Shown: in pieces, positions 1 to 12,109 of the stretch | How the letters are laid out: each line of letters begins with the position of its first letter | How positions within the stretch are numbered: the first letter of the stretch is position 1 | Source: Macrostomum lignano | Taxonomy: Eukaryota | NCBI GenBank assembly: GCA_002269645.1 | Contig: NIVC01001373.1 | Span: forward strand, 124,001-188,000 | DNA: 64,000 bases | Direction of reading: 5' to 3' | Notes under the pieces: generated by a model | Database searches by the model: none | Told to the model about the DNA's origin: nothing | What the model saw: only the letters and a program-made list of their open reading frames with translations | Translations under genes and position numbers: made by a program

Positions 1-3000
1 GCTAGACAACGACACACGAGAACATGTACACTCGTATGCGCGGGCTTACGAGTACGCAAATCGAGTAGGAGCGCAAACTCTGGTAGCAGGGTAGTAGTTG
101 TTGCATGCAGAGTGGGGACTTCACGCATCATGCAGCCAATGTACATAACGTATTGGTGTTGCTGTGGCCTGTACATGTACATGTAGTCTTACCGACACGA
201 CAGTAATGAATCCGCAAACCAATTTGACATTTACTTATTTAAAGCTGGACAAGTATTTTAATTTTTCCGGAAGGTCACACACACTAGAATATGTAGATGG
301 GGGCCACTTTGCAAAACAGCTTTCTACTTTCAGTTCAGTAGCAATGAAGAATACGTAATCTATTCTATAGGAATAAAGGCAGCTGAGATGACTTTGATAA
401 GTTTAGAAGCCCAGCTTGCAGGCGTAAACAGCTTGCTAATTGGTTCAGCCATAAATGTACATTAGCCACTGAATTGTAGAGGTAGAAGGAGTTTGAGGGT
501 TTAAGCTTGGGGGTAAGAGACAGTGAAATAAGCCTTGTCTTTAAATAAGAATACTTACTGAACTGAAAGTAGCTTACACGCAAATATGCTGAGTGGTCCA
601 TCTAAGAATTACGCTCGTAGATATTCTAGTAGTATCCGTGGGAGATTGAAAATGAAAACAGTAGAAAAGTTTTCCGCTAAATAAAAAATGACGACATTAT
701 TCTCAAAGTAAAACGCATGTGATGAAGTTGCGGGTAGGGTAAGCCCAGCTAGCTGTAAATAAAACTTAACCATTACCAACGTATTACGTACCTTTGCTTT
801 TGTAGTACATTTATACAGTATGTTTTTTATGTACTGTCATCAGAAATTAAATTTACCATATCAATTACTGAGTAGTTGAGTTCTAGATAAGCATGTAGAT
901 CGTTTGAAATTCGATCAAAGTGCGTGCTGTAGCCTATATTATCATTAAATGCTGTACATGAGTACGTTGCATAAAATGAATGACATTTGGTTAGGAATTG
1001 CTAGGAGCATAATTAACATCAATATTTCGTTTTACAACCTCCTGGGGCTGGGTGGTTTTTTTATGCATTTTTGTGACTTTTACGCAGCTACAAACATATC
1101 TTCGCGCTGCTTATCTGGCGATTATTTAAAAATTACTATTTCGCGGAATTTTTTTACTCGATGAGTTAAAATTTTACATTAGCTTTGTTTGCACTCACAA
1201 ACTCAATGTCCCCGACGCCTTTCCTTGCCTTGACGGGATGGATTGGAACTTTTGAGTAGAAAGACATCATAATATTGGGAATTTTATTTATGCGTTGTAG
1301 GTCTTTAATAGCCTAAGTTTAATTGCTCTCAACCGACATGTAATTCAGTAATTCTAATTGTAGTTGATAATAGTTCTTTGGCTCAATATAAAAAAAATAA
1401 TGACTACAATTAAGCCTTTATATACTACTTAAATCCAACACTAATTAGATTTGTATCTCTATATAAAATTATCATTTATCTGATAGAGTGAAAACTTAGC
1501 ATTTATCTTAATTGGAATGGTCTATTGCCATTGAGTCCTTAGAATATATGGCAATGTTTTTATATTTAATTAAATTATTTTGACACAGATTTCTTTTTAG
1601 TTGCAATGTCCAATTTCAAAATTTATTTAGGAAAGTATTGGAAAAATTTTCCAAATTTTTTTGAAAAATTTTGCATCCTGATTGCAAAAAAAACTTTAAA
1701 AACCTAGTGCTAGCACCAGAAAAAACATTTTTCTTTCCTTTTCAGTTTTTAAAAACAGTTTTTAAAAAATAAATTTTATGCATCAGGATTCAGGATATTG
1801 TGGGTGGGCAGGGCCCCACATCCACGGTGGTGCAGCGTATAATTATGTGTCGTAGCATGCCATTGCACACCATGGGATACTTTCTCTAAACCGTGGTACG
1901 CCATGTATGCCAAAATTGGCCCAAAATTTCCCTGTGTACGCCGAAATTTTCTAGGTAAAATGCCATCTTCCTGACTATAGTGCTAGAATACAAAATCACT
2001 TCCTACTTAGCTATATTGCTTATGTATGGCTATAGTATTCCTACTTCACAAAAAAACTAGATTTTGACTCTAAATCTTAAATAGGCAAACTAAAGTGAGT
2101 TTAATAAAGTATAAATAAGATATAAAGTCTTTCTTTCAAACATAAGTGTGTTTATTATAAAAGCACCTATTTCCTAAGTATTTCTTAGGTAAAATTGATA
2201 CTAGAAGAAGTCATTTAGATAAGAATGAAAAAGGTCATTAATGGTTTTATACTAGCTATAAAACTGAATGGTTCCTAAAAATATATATTGTTATTAGTAT
2301 TATACAATAATAAAAATTGATCAAAAATGAGTAACTAGACAAAAACTAGACTGGTAAAAATTATTATAAATAATTAAGATTGAGATATAACTAATAAATA
2401 CACTTGTTTATGGTAAATAAACTATAAGTATAGGCTTAGCAAACTAATTAAGTTTGATTATTTAATTGTTAGTTAATATACCAGTTTTTTATAGCCATTG
2501 TTTATTAATGTTTAATATTATAAAATATTGTCTTTAAACATACCTAAGTCTATACTTTTATATTTTTAAAGTCAAATTTCTTTATTTATTTATAAAGTTT
2601 ATTTTAACTTAATTAATACTATCTTTATTTGATATAAATTTAAATTTAAAATCATTCAATGAGCAAAATGTAGCATTAAAATATGATTTTTTTCTATTTT
2701 TTTTAACATTTAGCAAAAGAAATAAGGATGTATATAGTATATCATAATAGGCATATTTATCTAAAAGAGATATTTTTGAGTAGGGCTTGCAAATTTAACA
2801 AATTTAACAGCTTAAATATAGCAAATTCTTAATATTTATTATTAATATCTTATTACAGACATACATTAGTTTGTTTATAGAAAATATGACCTAATTTTCA
2901 TAATTCTACTTGAAATATTTACCAATGGTAAAAATTGCAGCTAATATTTGAATCTTTATTATTTAAGTATAGAAAGTATTCTTATTATGGCAATATTAGC

Positions 3001-3263
3001 AGGGAATACCTGGGAAGAGGCAGAGGCAGTTGCCCCCCATTTTTGGCAGACAAGAAATGAAAAGAGAGGACAAAGTGCATTTTTGCCAAAATCAAAGTTA
3101 TCCAAGCCTATGAAATTGTTAAAACCCACAGAAAGTTTTTTTTTCTATTTTATAATTGACTCTATTATTACCACTTGTAATATTGGCCTGTCACTAACCT
3201 AGTCTATCATCAAGTGTAAAATTTTGAATATAATTTACTGTAGCCAGCCAGGGCAAGACTGGC

Positions 3264-6200
3264 ATGTCTTTCATCAGCCGCATTCTGAAGCCCTCGACAC
3301 GCCCTGGTGAGGCAGAAACTGCTGCGGGGTCGCCATCGCTGCTGCCATCTCAGCAGCCGCAGCAGCAGGGCAAGCCAAAGCAGCTGGCGCAGCGCCGGCC
3401 TGTTAGAAGCCAGGCGGTGGAGCCGGCAGACACGCTAAAGATTGTCATCCGCGGCGACAGTAGCGTTGGCAAGTCCTGCCTGCTGGCGCGCCTGCAGGGT
3501 GGCGCCTTTATTGAGGAGTACGCGCCAACTGAGCGCCCGCGCTCCGCTATCATTCGCTGGAAATGCGACTCCAGATCTGCCACGCTGCAGGTGTGGGACG
3601 CCGTGGACTCCGGGCGGCCCAGGCGGGCTCGGGCGGGTCTGAAACTGGCCAACGACTGCGACAATCGAAGTCCGAGAGGTGCTGCTTCGGGTGAGAGAGA
3701 CTGTCTAACATTTAAGAGTGCGGGATGGATCTGGGATTCGCTTTCGAGCAGGTTAGGATCATATCCTGTCCTGTTAAGAGCTGTCTGTTATGCCGGGATG
3801 TTCAGTCCATATCCTTGAATCCCCACAGCTGCTGTCAGCGGCGGCTCAGCCGGCAGCGACGAAGCGGCAGCGGCCGCAGCCTACGCTGGCTGCCACGGCG
3901 TGGTGCTGATGCTGGACATGACGAAGGCCTGGACGATGGCCTACGTAGAGCGGGAGCTGGCCAGGGCGCCGCCGGACCTGCCGGTGCTGGTTCTGGCCAA
4001 TCACCGAGACATGGGGCACCACCGGAGCGTCACCGCCGACCAGGCCCGCATGGCCATCCGGGAGAGCGGCCGGCGGCTCGAGATCACCCGCTACGCCGAG
4101 TCCTCCATGCGAAATGGCTACGGGCTGAAGTATGTGCACCGGTTCCTCTGCCTGCCCTACCTCTGCGCTCAGCGACAGCGACTATTGCAGCGGCTCGAAG
4201 CCAACACCGAGGACAGGACTACCGCTGTGCTGGAGCTGCAGCTCGAAGAGGAGGAGAGTCGCCAGGCCAATGATGGGTGCGTTTTCTGGCATATCTTGCT
4301 GGGTTGGACGGTGGAGTCTGGGGCGGATTGGAGTGTCTAGGATGGAGTCTTAGGGGATTGAAGTGTCTAGGATAGAGTCTGGGCGATTGGAGTGTCTAGG
4401 ATGGAGTCTGGGGGCGGATTGGAGTGTCTAGGATGGAGTCTGGGCGATTGGAGTGTCTAGGATGGAGTCTGGGCGATTGGAGTGTCTAGGATGGAGTCTG
4501 GGGGCGGATTGGAGTGTCTAGGATGGAGTCTGTGCAGATTGGAGTGTCTAGGATGGAGTCTGTGCAGATTGGAGTGTCTAGGATGGAGTCTGGGGGATTG
4601 GAGTGTCTAGGATGGTCTGGATGGAGTCTGGGCTGATTGGAGTGTCTAGGATGGAGTCTGGGCGGATTGGAGTGTCTAGGATGGAGTCTGGGCGGATTGG
4701 AGTGTCTAGGATGTAGTCTGGGCGGATTGGAGTGTCTAGGATGGAGTCTGGGAGATTGGAGTGTCTAGGATGGAGTCTGGGCGATTGGAGTGTCTAGGAT
4801 GGAGTCTGTGCAGATTGGAGTGTCTAGGATGGAGTCTGGGGGATTGGAGTGTCTAGGATGGTCTGGATGGAGTCTGGGGGATTGGAGTGTCTAGGATGGT
4901 CTGGATGGAGTCTGGGCGGATTGGAGTGTCTAGGATGGAGTCTGGGGGATTGGAGTGTCTAGGATAGAGTCTGGGGGATTGGAGTGTCTAGGATGGAGTC
5001 TGGGCAGATTAGAGTGTCTAGGATGGAGTCTGGGCAGATTAGAGTGTCTAGGATGGAGTCTGGGGGATTGGAAGTGTCTAGGATGGAGTCTGGGGGATTG
5101 AAGTGTCTAGGATGGAGTCTGGGGAATTGGAGTGTCTAGGATGGAGTCTGAGGAGGTTTGGAAGGCGAATTGATTTAACAGTGGTGGGTTTTGGTTTGTT
5201 TAAATAAGTGTATTTTGCTTATAAGAAAGCTTCGTTAAACCAAAAGCAGGCTTACAGCTGTATTGGTTTAATCTATTGTTAGTAGCACGTAACGGACATT
5301 ATAATCGCTATCTAATATAACAAGAAAAACACGCTGCTAATAACCGTTCTATTTGTTTTGTTTAATTGCAGGATGGATCACACACGTTCAAAAAAGAAAG
5401 AAGACGCATCGAGAATTTCCGATTCCAGGTTAGAAACAGTCAATTTTATTAAGAATTGATTTTTTATCTAGCTAGGCTATGGGTATTACATTAATTGATT
5501 AATAATATAATAATATACTGGGTATTTGTTTTAAAGTTTCAATGTAAAGTTGCAAAATAAATGCAAATGCATTTTCTGAATCGTGTTTAATTTTAAATTG
5601 TTGTTTGAAAATTTCTGAAGCATCTACTTTGTATATTTATTATTTTAAAAGGTATCGGCATGCATTTGCGGCTTGTAAAACCTTAACCGATATGTATCGA
5701 AAAGACACTTTTCAAGCCTACAAAATTTGGCTAGGTATGAGTTTTCTATTGTTAAATTTATAATGAGTTTTTAATGAGCTGTTGTTCAACATTTTTTAAA
5801 GAGAAAATACTTGGTTTGTAGAATTGTTAAATTTTTGATTAAAAAATAAAATCGCAAAATGTTGTTGTCAGAAGTGGGATTCGAACCCACGCCCTCAGAA
5901 GAGGACTGCGACCTGAACGCAGCGCCTTAGACCGCTCGGCCATCCTGACCTGAGGGAGGAAGGTGCTGCATTCCTATTATATAGTTGAATGTAGGCGTGT
6001 TTTCGCGTGTTGTGAAGTAGGGTCGGTATCGATCTGCTTGACTGCTTCATCAATAAATGAAGGAAATCAGGCGGCTTTCAATAAAATTAGCGATGCTAAA
6101 GTGCAGGATGGCAATATTAAAATAAATTGTATCGTCTACTCTATCTCCAACTTGACCCAGCCAACAACAGACTTCGGTCACCGACACCGCGCCTAAGACC

Positions 6201-7563
6201 CCGTCTCCGCTGCCGTCACAGTCGCCTCCCGCTGTTGTCGGTCGATTATCCGCGCCGCCTGCCCGTCTGATTCCCGGCGCCGAGCAGTACCTGATGGAGC
6301 TGCGTCGCGCTCAGCTACCCCAGCCTCCGCAGCCGCCTTCGACGCAACCTCAGCAGCCTCAGCCTCCGCCTCATCATCAGCCAAAGCTGCCGTCTTCGCC
6401 GACGCCGCCGCCGCTGTCGCCGAGCCGACCCGAGCCAGCTGGAGCTGATGATGAAAGGAGCAGCCAGTCCTCCAGTCAGCGCAGCCCGACTGCTGCTGAC
6501 GCTGCCGAGGTCGGCGTCGAGGCGATCGACGGCGTCGCAAATGCGGATGTCGATGTCGCCGACGATGTCGACAGCGATGACGCTTCGCCCGGAGCCGTCG
6601 TGTCGACCCACTTTGACGATGTTGCTGAACTGGATGATTCTGCAGTGGCTGCTTTTGCTGCTGATGCCGATGCTGTTGATGGCGATGGTGATGAAGCTGA
6701 GGATGCTGAGCAGGTAGAGACGGTCGCAGTGCCGCCTGTCCCTGCTCCGGTGATTGACTGGGGACCTCTCTTGGCCAAGTAAGTTTGGAAACGATATATT
6801 TAGATAGGAACAATTGCTGACAGAAAGCTTTTGCGTCTTGTGGTCAATATTGAGCCATTTTTGTGTCATCATCGCCTTCTGTTTGTGCTCTAGTTAGTTA
6901 ACTCGACTTTGTGTGGGTCATTGTTGTCCTCAGGAGGGTTATATTGTATGATTGCTTTGGGTCATCTCTGCCCCCCCCCACTAGGGGGACTATGAGTCAT
7001 CACCTCTCCCTAAAAAGGTTCATTTTGAGTTAAAAAATGATAATTTTGTGTCATTGCTGTCACAAAAAGGGTCATTGTATATCATTGTCATCGCTGTCCT
7101 CAGAATGGTCATTGCGTGGGTCATTGCTATCCCAGAATGGTCACTGTGTGCATCATCTCTCTCCAGAAGGGTCATTGTGTAGGTCATCGCTGATCGTCTA
7201 TTGACAGAAGACTCTCTTGTCTTGATAAGTTCAACATTGGTTCACACTACCAGGTACGAAGACGAGCCGGCAGAGTCTCAAGTTCTGCCCGAGCCGTCAG
7301 CTGAGGAGCAAAAGCAGCAGACCAAGAAGAAGCGAAAGAAGAAGACAAAGCAGCAACAGCAGCAGCCGGTGGAGCCGGAACAGCCCGAGCCTCCGGTCAG
7401 GCCGAAGTCAAAGTCAAAATCGAAAGTCAAACTAGAAAAGTCGGTCAAGACAAAGTCGGGCAAGCGAGCAATTGCTTCTGAGCAGCAACAGCAGCAGCAG
7501 CAGCAGCCGAAAGCAGTTCTGTCCAAAGAGGAAGAGGAGCTGGAGCGGTTTCTAAATGAATAA
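3264..7563 (+). CDS. RABL6: Rab-like protein 6 (RBEL1/PARF), 5 exons, ~619 aa
   Basis: Model join(3264..3690,3829..4276,5372..5428,6161..6778,7254..7563) = 1860 nt; all introns GT-AG with matching phases (1,2,2,2). Motifs KIVIRGDSSVGKS, VWDAVDSG, VLANHRDMGHHR, YAESSMRNGYGLKYVHRF and C-terminal ELERFL resemble RABL6 as I recall it. The 57-nt exon 3 is the least certain. Confidence 0.9.
4312..5150. repeat. Minisatellite, ~29-bp unit GATTGGAGTGTCTAGGATGGAGTCTGGGG, in RABL6 intron 2
   Basis: Direct tandem periodicity, ~28-29 copies. Confidence 0.95.
5866..5949 (-). tRNA. tRNA-Leu(CAG), antisense within RABL6 intron 3
   Basis: Reverse complement GTCAGGATGGCCGAGCGGTCTAAGGCGCTGCGTTCAGGTCGCAGTCCTCTTCTGAGGGCGTGGGTTCGAATCCCACTTCTGACA: A and B boxes, CAG anticodon, long variable arm, 7-bp acceptor stem, TTTT Pol III terminator a few nt downstream. 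Confidence 0.97.
6915..7195. repeat. Degenerate tandem repeat (GGGTCATTG...GTCCTCAGAA core) in RABL6 intron 4
   Basis: Repeated GGTCATTG/CTGTCCTCAGAA motifs, heavily diverged. Confidence 0.55.
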
Positions 7564-8276
7564 AACCTCAGCAAGCCATTTTAGTTGGCCAAGAGATGCA
7601 TGGATTTCAACAGTGATCGATTTTCTTGTCTCTCCCCCTCTCTCTGTTCCGCTCTGCTTTTTGCATTTCTTCAACTCGAATTGTGAGCGCAATGAGCCAT
7701 CGATTCAGTCCATTTGCCTACCGTATTGTGGTCAACGATTTGTTAAAGTTAGTCTGTCCCAGCATTCTATACTACTGATAAGGTCTGCGTATTAGTAGTG
7801 ACTCGCGGTTACGGTATTTTAGCCTGGTGTTTCCTAGAATTAATTATCTTATTGATTGTTTTCTGTTGAATTTCGCTCTATCCGAATCTGGAAATATTTT
7901 TTCTGTCTCTTGATTGATGATAATATTGATCACAAAACTTGTTTGATTCCTCACCTGCCGCCTGATGCCAATTAGTGTCTATCTTCATGCCAGCAGGCAC
8001 TTGCTTTCTGTCAGTGTCTGTCAATCTGTGTCTGTCTTGACTGTTGTCTCTAAAATTTGCCTTTCGCGCTGGACTTTGTAAACGCGTTTACAGAAATTGA
8101 AAAAAAACTAATTATCTTCCTTCTGCCTGTTGTCGGCTAGCTAATCTTTCTAATATTATATAAAGTCATATTCATATTTTGTGTCTTTTGTCTGAATCTT
8201 ATGCTTGATTTTGTTCTGTGCTTTTTTAAATGCGCCCAGGGATATTATGGATATTATGGATACTGTTGACAAGCAG

Positions 8277-8660
8277 ACAGGTAGCTGGACTGGTAGATAG
8301 GATAGACTGGTAGATAGAATGGACTGGTAGATAGGCTGGTAGACCAGTCTTCCTTACTGTCTACCCTAGATAGTATAGACTGGTGGATAGGATAGACTGG
8401 TAGATAGGATAGACTGGTAGATAGGATAGACTGGTAGATAGGATAGACTGGTAGATAGGATAGACTGGTAGATAGAATGGACTGGTAGATAGAATGGACT
8501 GGTAGATAGGCTGGTAGACCAGTCTTCCTTACTGTCTACCCTAGATGGTATAGACTGGTGGATAGGATAGACTGATACATAGGATAGATTGGTATAGACT
8601 GGTAGATAGGATACACTGGTAGATAGGATACATTGGTAGATAGGATACACTGGTAGATAT
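8277..8660. repeat. Minisatellite, ~17-bp unit GACTGGTAGATAGGATA, upstream of the MMAA start
   Basis: Tandem periodicity with an internal segmental duplication (CCAGTCTTCCTTACTGTCTACCCTAGA at ~8344 and ~8520). Confidence 0.9.
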
Positions 8661-8753
8661 AGAGAGACATGTGGACAGATAGACAGGTAGGCGCGACAAT
8701 GACATTTGATAGACAGGTGGATAAGGAGGCAGGCAGGCACTGCCAGAGTTCGA

Positions 8754-11139
8754 ATGCTTCATGCCCGGACGCCCCCGCAGTTGCGTCGTTCGCTTCACCG
8801 TCTCTGCCAGCTGGCGGTCGCGCCGGCCCCAGCAAGCGGCCTCCGCTGCCGCGGCCTGGCGGGCGCCACCACCACCTACCTCGACGTGTCGGTGCCACAG
8901 GACGATCCCACGGTGGCCCGGCTGTACCAGGCGGTGCTGAACCAGCAGCGAACCGGCCTGGCGCAGGCCATCACTCTGGTGGAGTCGCGCCATCCGGAGA
9001 AGCAGGCGCGGGGCCAGGCGCTGGTGAACCGGCTGCTGAAACACCTGGCCCAGCGGCAGCACAAGCGCTGCTTCCGTGTTGGCATCACCGGGACCCGGGC
9101 GCGGGCAAGTCCACCTTTATCGAGTGCATTGGCCAGGACCTCGTAAAGCGGCAAGGCAAGCGAATCGCCGTGCTCACGGTGAGTCTACCCTTACTGTCTA
9201 CCCAGTCTCCCTACTGTCTACCCAATATCCCTTACTATCTACCCAGTCACCCTACTGTCTACCCAGTCTCCCTTACTGTCTACCCAGTCTCCCTTACTGT
9301 CTACTCAGTCTCCCTTACTGTCTACCCAGTCTCCCTTACTGTCTACCCAGTCTCCCTTACTGTCTACTCAGTCTCCCTTACTGTCTACCCAGTCTCCCTT
9401 ACTGTCTACCCAGTCTCCCTTACTGTCTACCCAGTCTCCCTTACTGTCTACCCAGTCTCCCTTACTGTCTACCCAGTCTCCCTTACTGTCTACCCAGTCT
9501 CCCTTACTGTCTACCCAGTCTCCCTTACTGTCTACCCAGTCTCCCTTACTGTCTACCCAGTCTCCCTTACTGTCTACCCAGTCTCCCTTACTGTCTACCC
9601 AGTCTCCCTTACTGTCTACCCAGTCTCCCTTACTGTCTACCCAGTCTCCCTTACTGTCTACCCAGTCTCCCTTACTGTCTACCCATCTCTCTGTCTATTC
9701 TTCTCTCTACTTTTCTGACTCAAATTGCTCCAATCTTTTTTTTAAACCAGTGCTTTCAAAATATTGTTTGCCCTAAATTTCAGGTGGACCCGAGTTCAGG
9801 CGCCACAGGCGGCTCGTTGCTAGGCGACGCTACCCGCATGCCGGAGCTGTGCGTGCACCCCAGCGCGTTTGTTCGCTCAACTCCCAGCGGCGGCAGTCTC
9901 GGCGGCGTGGCCCGCTACACCCAGAATGCGGCTGTGCTGTGCGAGGCGGCGGGATTTGACTGCCTGCTGATTGAGACTATGGGCGTGGGCCAGGCTGAGT
10001 ACCAGGTGAGGCTCACGAGGCTGAGAGCTGAGAATGGGTGTACAGGTGATGAACAGGTGGGGAACAGACGGATGGGTATAGGAGACGGATACAGGGGTAG
10101 GGAAGACGTCTATAGGGGTAGGGGAGACGGATAGAGGGGTAGGGGAGACGGATGGAGGGGTAGGGGAGACGGATGGAGGGGTAGGGGAGACGGATAGAGG
10201 GGTAGGGGAGATGGATAGAGGGGTAGGGGAGACGGATAAAGGGGTAGGGGAGACGGATAGAGGGGTAGGGGAGACGGATAAAGGGGTAGGGGAGACGGAT
10301 AGAGGGGTAGGGGAGATGGATAGAGGGGTAGGGGAGACGGATAAAGGGGTAGGGGAGACGGATAGAGGGGTAGGGGAGACGGATAAAGGGGTAGGGGACA
10401 CGGATGGAGGGGTAGAGGAGACGGATGGAGGGGTAGGGGAGACGGATAGAGGGGCAGGGGACACGGATGGAGGGGTAGGGGAGACGGATAGAGGGGCAGG
10501 GGACACGGATGGAGGGGTAGGGGAGACGGATAGAGGGGCAGGGGACACGGATGGAGGGGTAGAGGAGACGGACAGATGAGTCGCCAATCCTTACAAAGTG
10601 CGCCGCCCGCGCCCACTCGCCAGGTTAATGACATGGTAGACATGTTCCTGCTGCTGCAATCGCCTGGCGGTGGCGACGAGCTGCAAGGAGTGAAGCGCGG
10701 CGTCATGGAGGTGGCGGACCTGGTGGTGGTGACCAAGTGCGACGGCAACCTCATCCCCGCGGCCAACCACGCGGCCACGGAGCTCAGCAGGGCCCTGCGC
10801 ACCTACCAGCGCATGAAGCACCCGCTGTCTGGCTGGCGGCCCCGCGTCCTCCGCTGCTCCGCCCTGACTGGCGAGGGCGTGCCGGAGGTTTGGCAGACTG
10901 TGATGGAGTTTTTGGAGCGGGTGACCGACTCTGGCGAGCTGGTGCAGCACCGGGTGGCCCAGCTGGAGAAGTGGATGTGGCTTCACGTGCGCGAGCACCT
11001 GATGGACCTGTTTAGGGAGAGTCCGGCTGTCGCAGCCACCCTGCCGGCGCTGCTTGACGAGTTGCGCCAAGGCCTGAAGTCTCCCGGCAACGCGGCCGAC
11101 CTGCTGCTGCGCTGCTTCCTGGAGAACCGGGCCAGATAA
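8754..11139 (+). CDS. MMAA: Mitochondrial methylmalonic aciduria type A GTPase (MMAA/MeaB family), 3 coding exons, ~387 aa after restoring one base at 9094-9096
   Basis: join(8754..9178,9784..10005,10624..11139), phase-0 introns. Arg-rich, acid-free presequence; [10 protein letters not shown]; RVGITG[T]PGAGKST; VDPSS..GGSLLGD.TRM; [10 protein letters not shown]; [12 protein letters not shown]; VTKCDG; SPG.AAD. The assembled sequence has a -1 frameshift in the P-loop. Confidence 0.92.
9182..9685. repeat. Minisatellite, 21-bp unit CCCTTACTGTCTACCCAGTCT, MMAA intron 1
   Basis: Near-perfect tandem array, ~23 copies. Confidence 0.97.
10086..10575. repeat. G-rich minisatellite, 21-bp unit GGGGTAGGGGAGACGGATAGA, MMAA intron 2
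   Basis: Tandem array, ~23 copies. Confidence 0.97.
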
Positions 11140-11316
11140 ATTCCCGCGATTGAACGCAAAACCTGTAATAAGAGTAAATTGTCTACTGACTACTGGCAGT
11201 AGAGTAATTAGCAGCGTATATTTATGTTTTATTTTATCTGTGTGTAGCCCTTTTCTCTACGAGCTTCAGCTGCTCTTGCCATGGCTTTTCGATGTGGTGA
11301 GAGCATTAGCTTAGTG

Positions 11317-12109
11317 CAGGCGCCGGCAAACTTTTTTTACCCAAAGGGTCAGATAAAGAATCCAGCGCATGACTGTGGCCCAGGAGAGAAGAGAGAAGAG
11401 AAGAAAGAGAGGAGAGAAGGGAGAGGAGAGGAGAGAGAGGAGAGGAAGGGGGTGAGAAGGTAAGAGAGAGGAGAGAAGACAAAAGTGAGGAGAGAAGAGA
11501 AAGAGAGGAGAGAAGAGAAAGAAGGGAAGAGAAGAGAGAGGAGAGGAGAGAAGGAGGAGGAGAGAGGAGAGGAGAGAAGGAAGAGAGAGGAGAGGAGAGA
11601 GGGAAGAAGAGAGAGGAGAGGAGAGAGGGAAGAAGAGAGAGGAGAGGAGAGAGGGAAGAAGAGAGAAGAGAGGAGAGAGGGAAGAAGAGAGGAGAGGAGA
11701 GAGGGAAGAAGAGAGAAGAGAGGAGAGAGGGAAGAAGAGAGAGGAGAGGAGAGAGGGAAGAAGAGAGAGGAGAGGAGAGAGGGAAGAAGAGAGAGGAGAG
11801 GAGAGAGGGAAGAAGAGAGAGGAGAGGAGAGAGGGAAGAAGGGAGAGGAGAGGAGAGAGGGAAGAAGAGAGAGGAGAGGAGAGGAGAGAGGGAAGAAGAG
11901 AGAGGAGAGAAGAGAGAGGAGAGGGGAGAAGGGAGAGGAGAGAGGGAAGGAGAGAGAGGAGAGGAGAGGAGAGAGGGAAGGAGAGGAGAGGAGAGGAGAG
12001 AAGGGAGAGGAGAGCATATTAGAGAGAAGGGAGAAGAGATACAAGCCTTGAGCGGGCCGGATTGGTATATCGTGAAAGGACCCCGAGGGCCGGAGTTGCC
12101 GACCCCTTG
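11317..12109. mobile_element. Non-autonomous hAT-type MITE (Charlie/MER58-like ends) with an internal GA-rich satellite
   Basis: Perfect 8-bp TSD GCTTAGTG at 11309-11316 and 12110-12117; imperfect TIRs CAGGCGCCGGCAAACT / AGTTGCCGACCCCTTG; subterminal AAACTTTTT..AAAGGGTCAGATA and GCGGGCCGGATT..GAGGGCCG motifs resembling hAT MITE ends. Confidence 0.8.
11381..12040. repeat. Polypurine GA-rich repeat (GAGAG/GGGAAGAA units) inside the MITE
   Basis: Almost only A/G on the + strand for ~650 bp. Confidence 0.95.

Noticed and set aside
118-133. Pax6 paired-domain consensus-like site TTCACGCATCA
   Set aside because: Partial match only, 34 kb from Pax6 and beyond two other genes; expected by chance
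1200-3200. Very AT-rich stretch (also 54380-54950) as a possible foreign or organellar insert
   Set aside because: No ORFs or RNA genes; its position upstream of housekeeping genes fits ordinary promoter/outron DNA
9088-9100. Programmed -1 ribosomal frameshift in MMAA
   Set aside because: GGGACCC is not a canonical X XXY YYZ slippery heptamer (Y is normally A/U); a homopolymer indel is simpler
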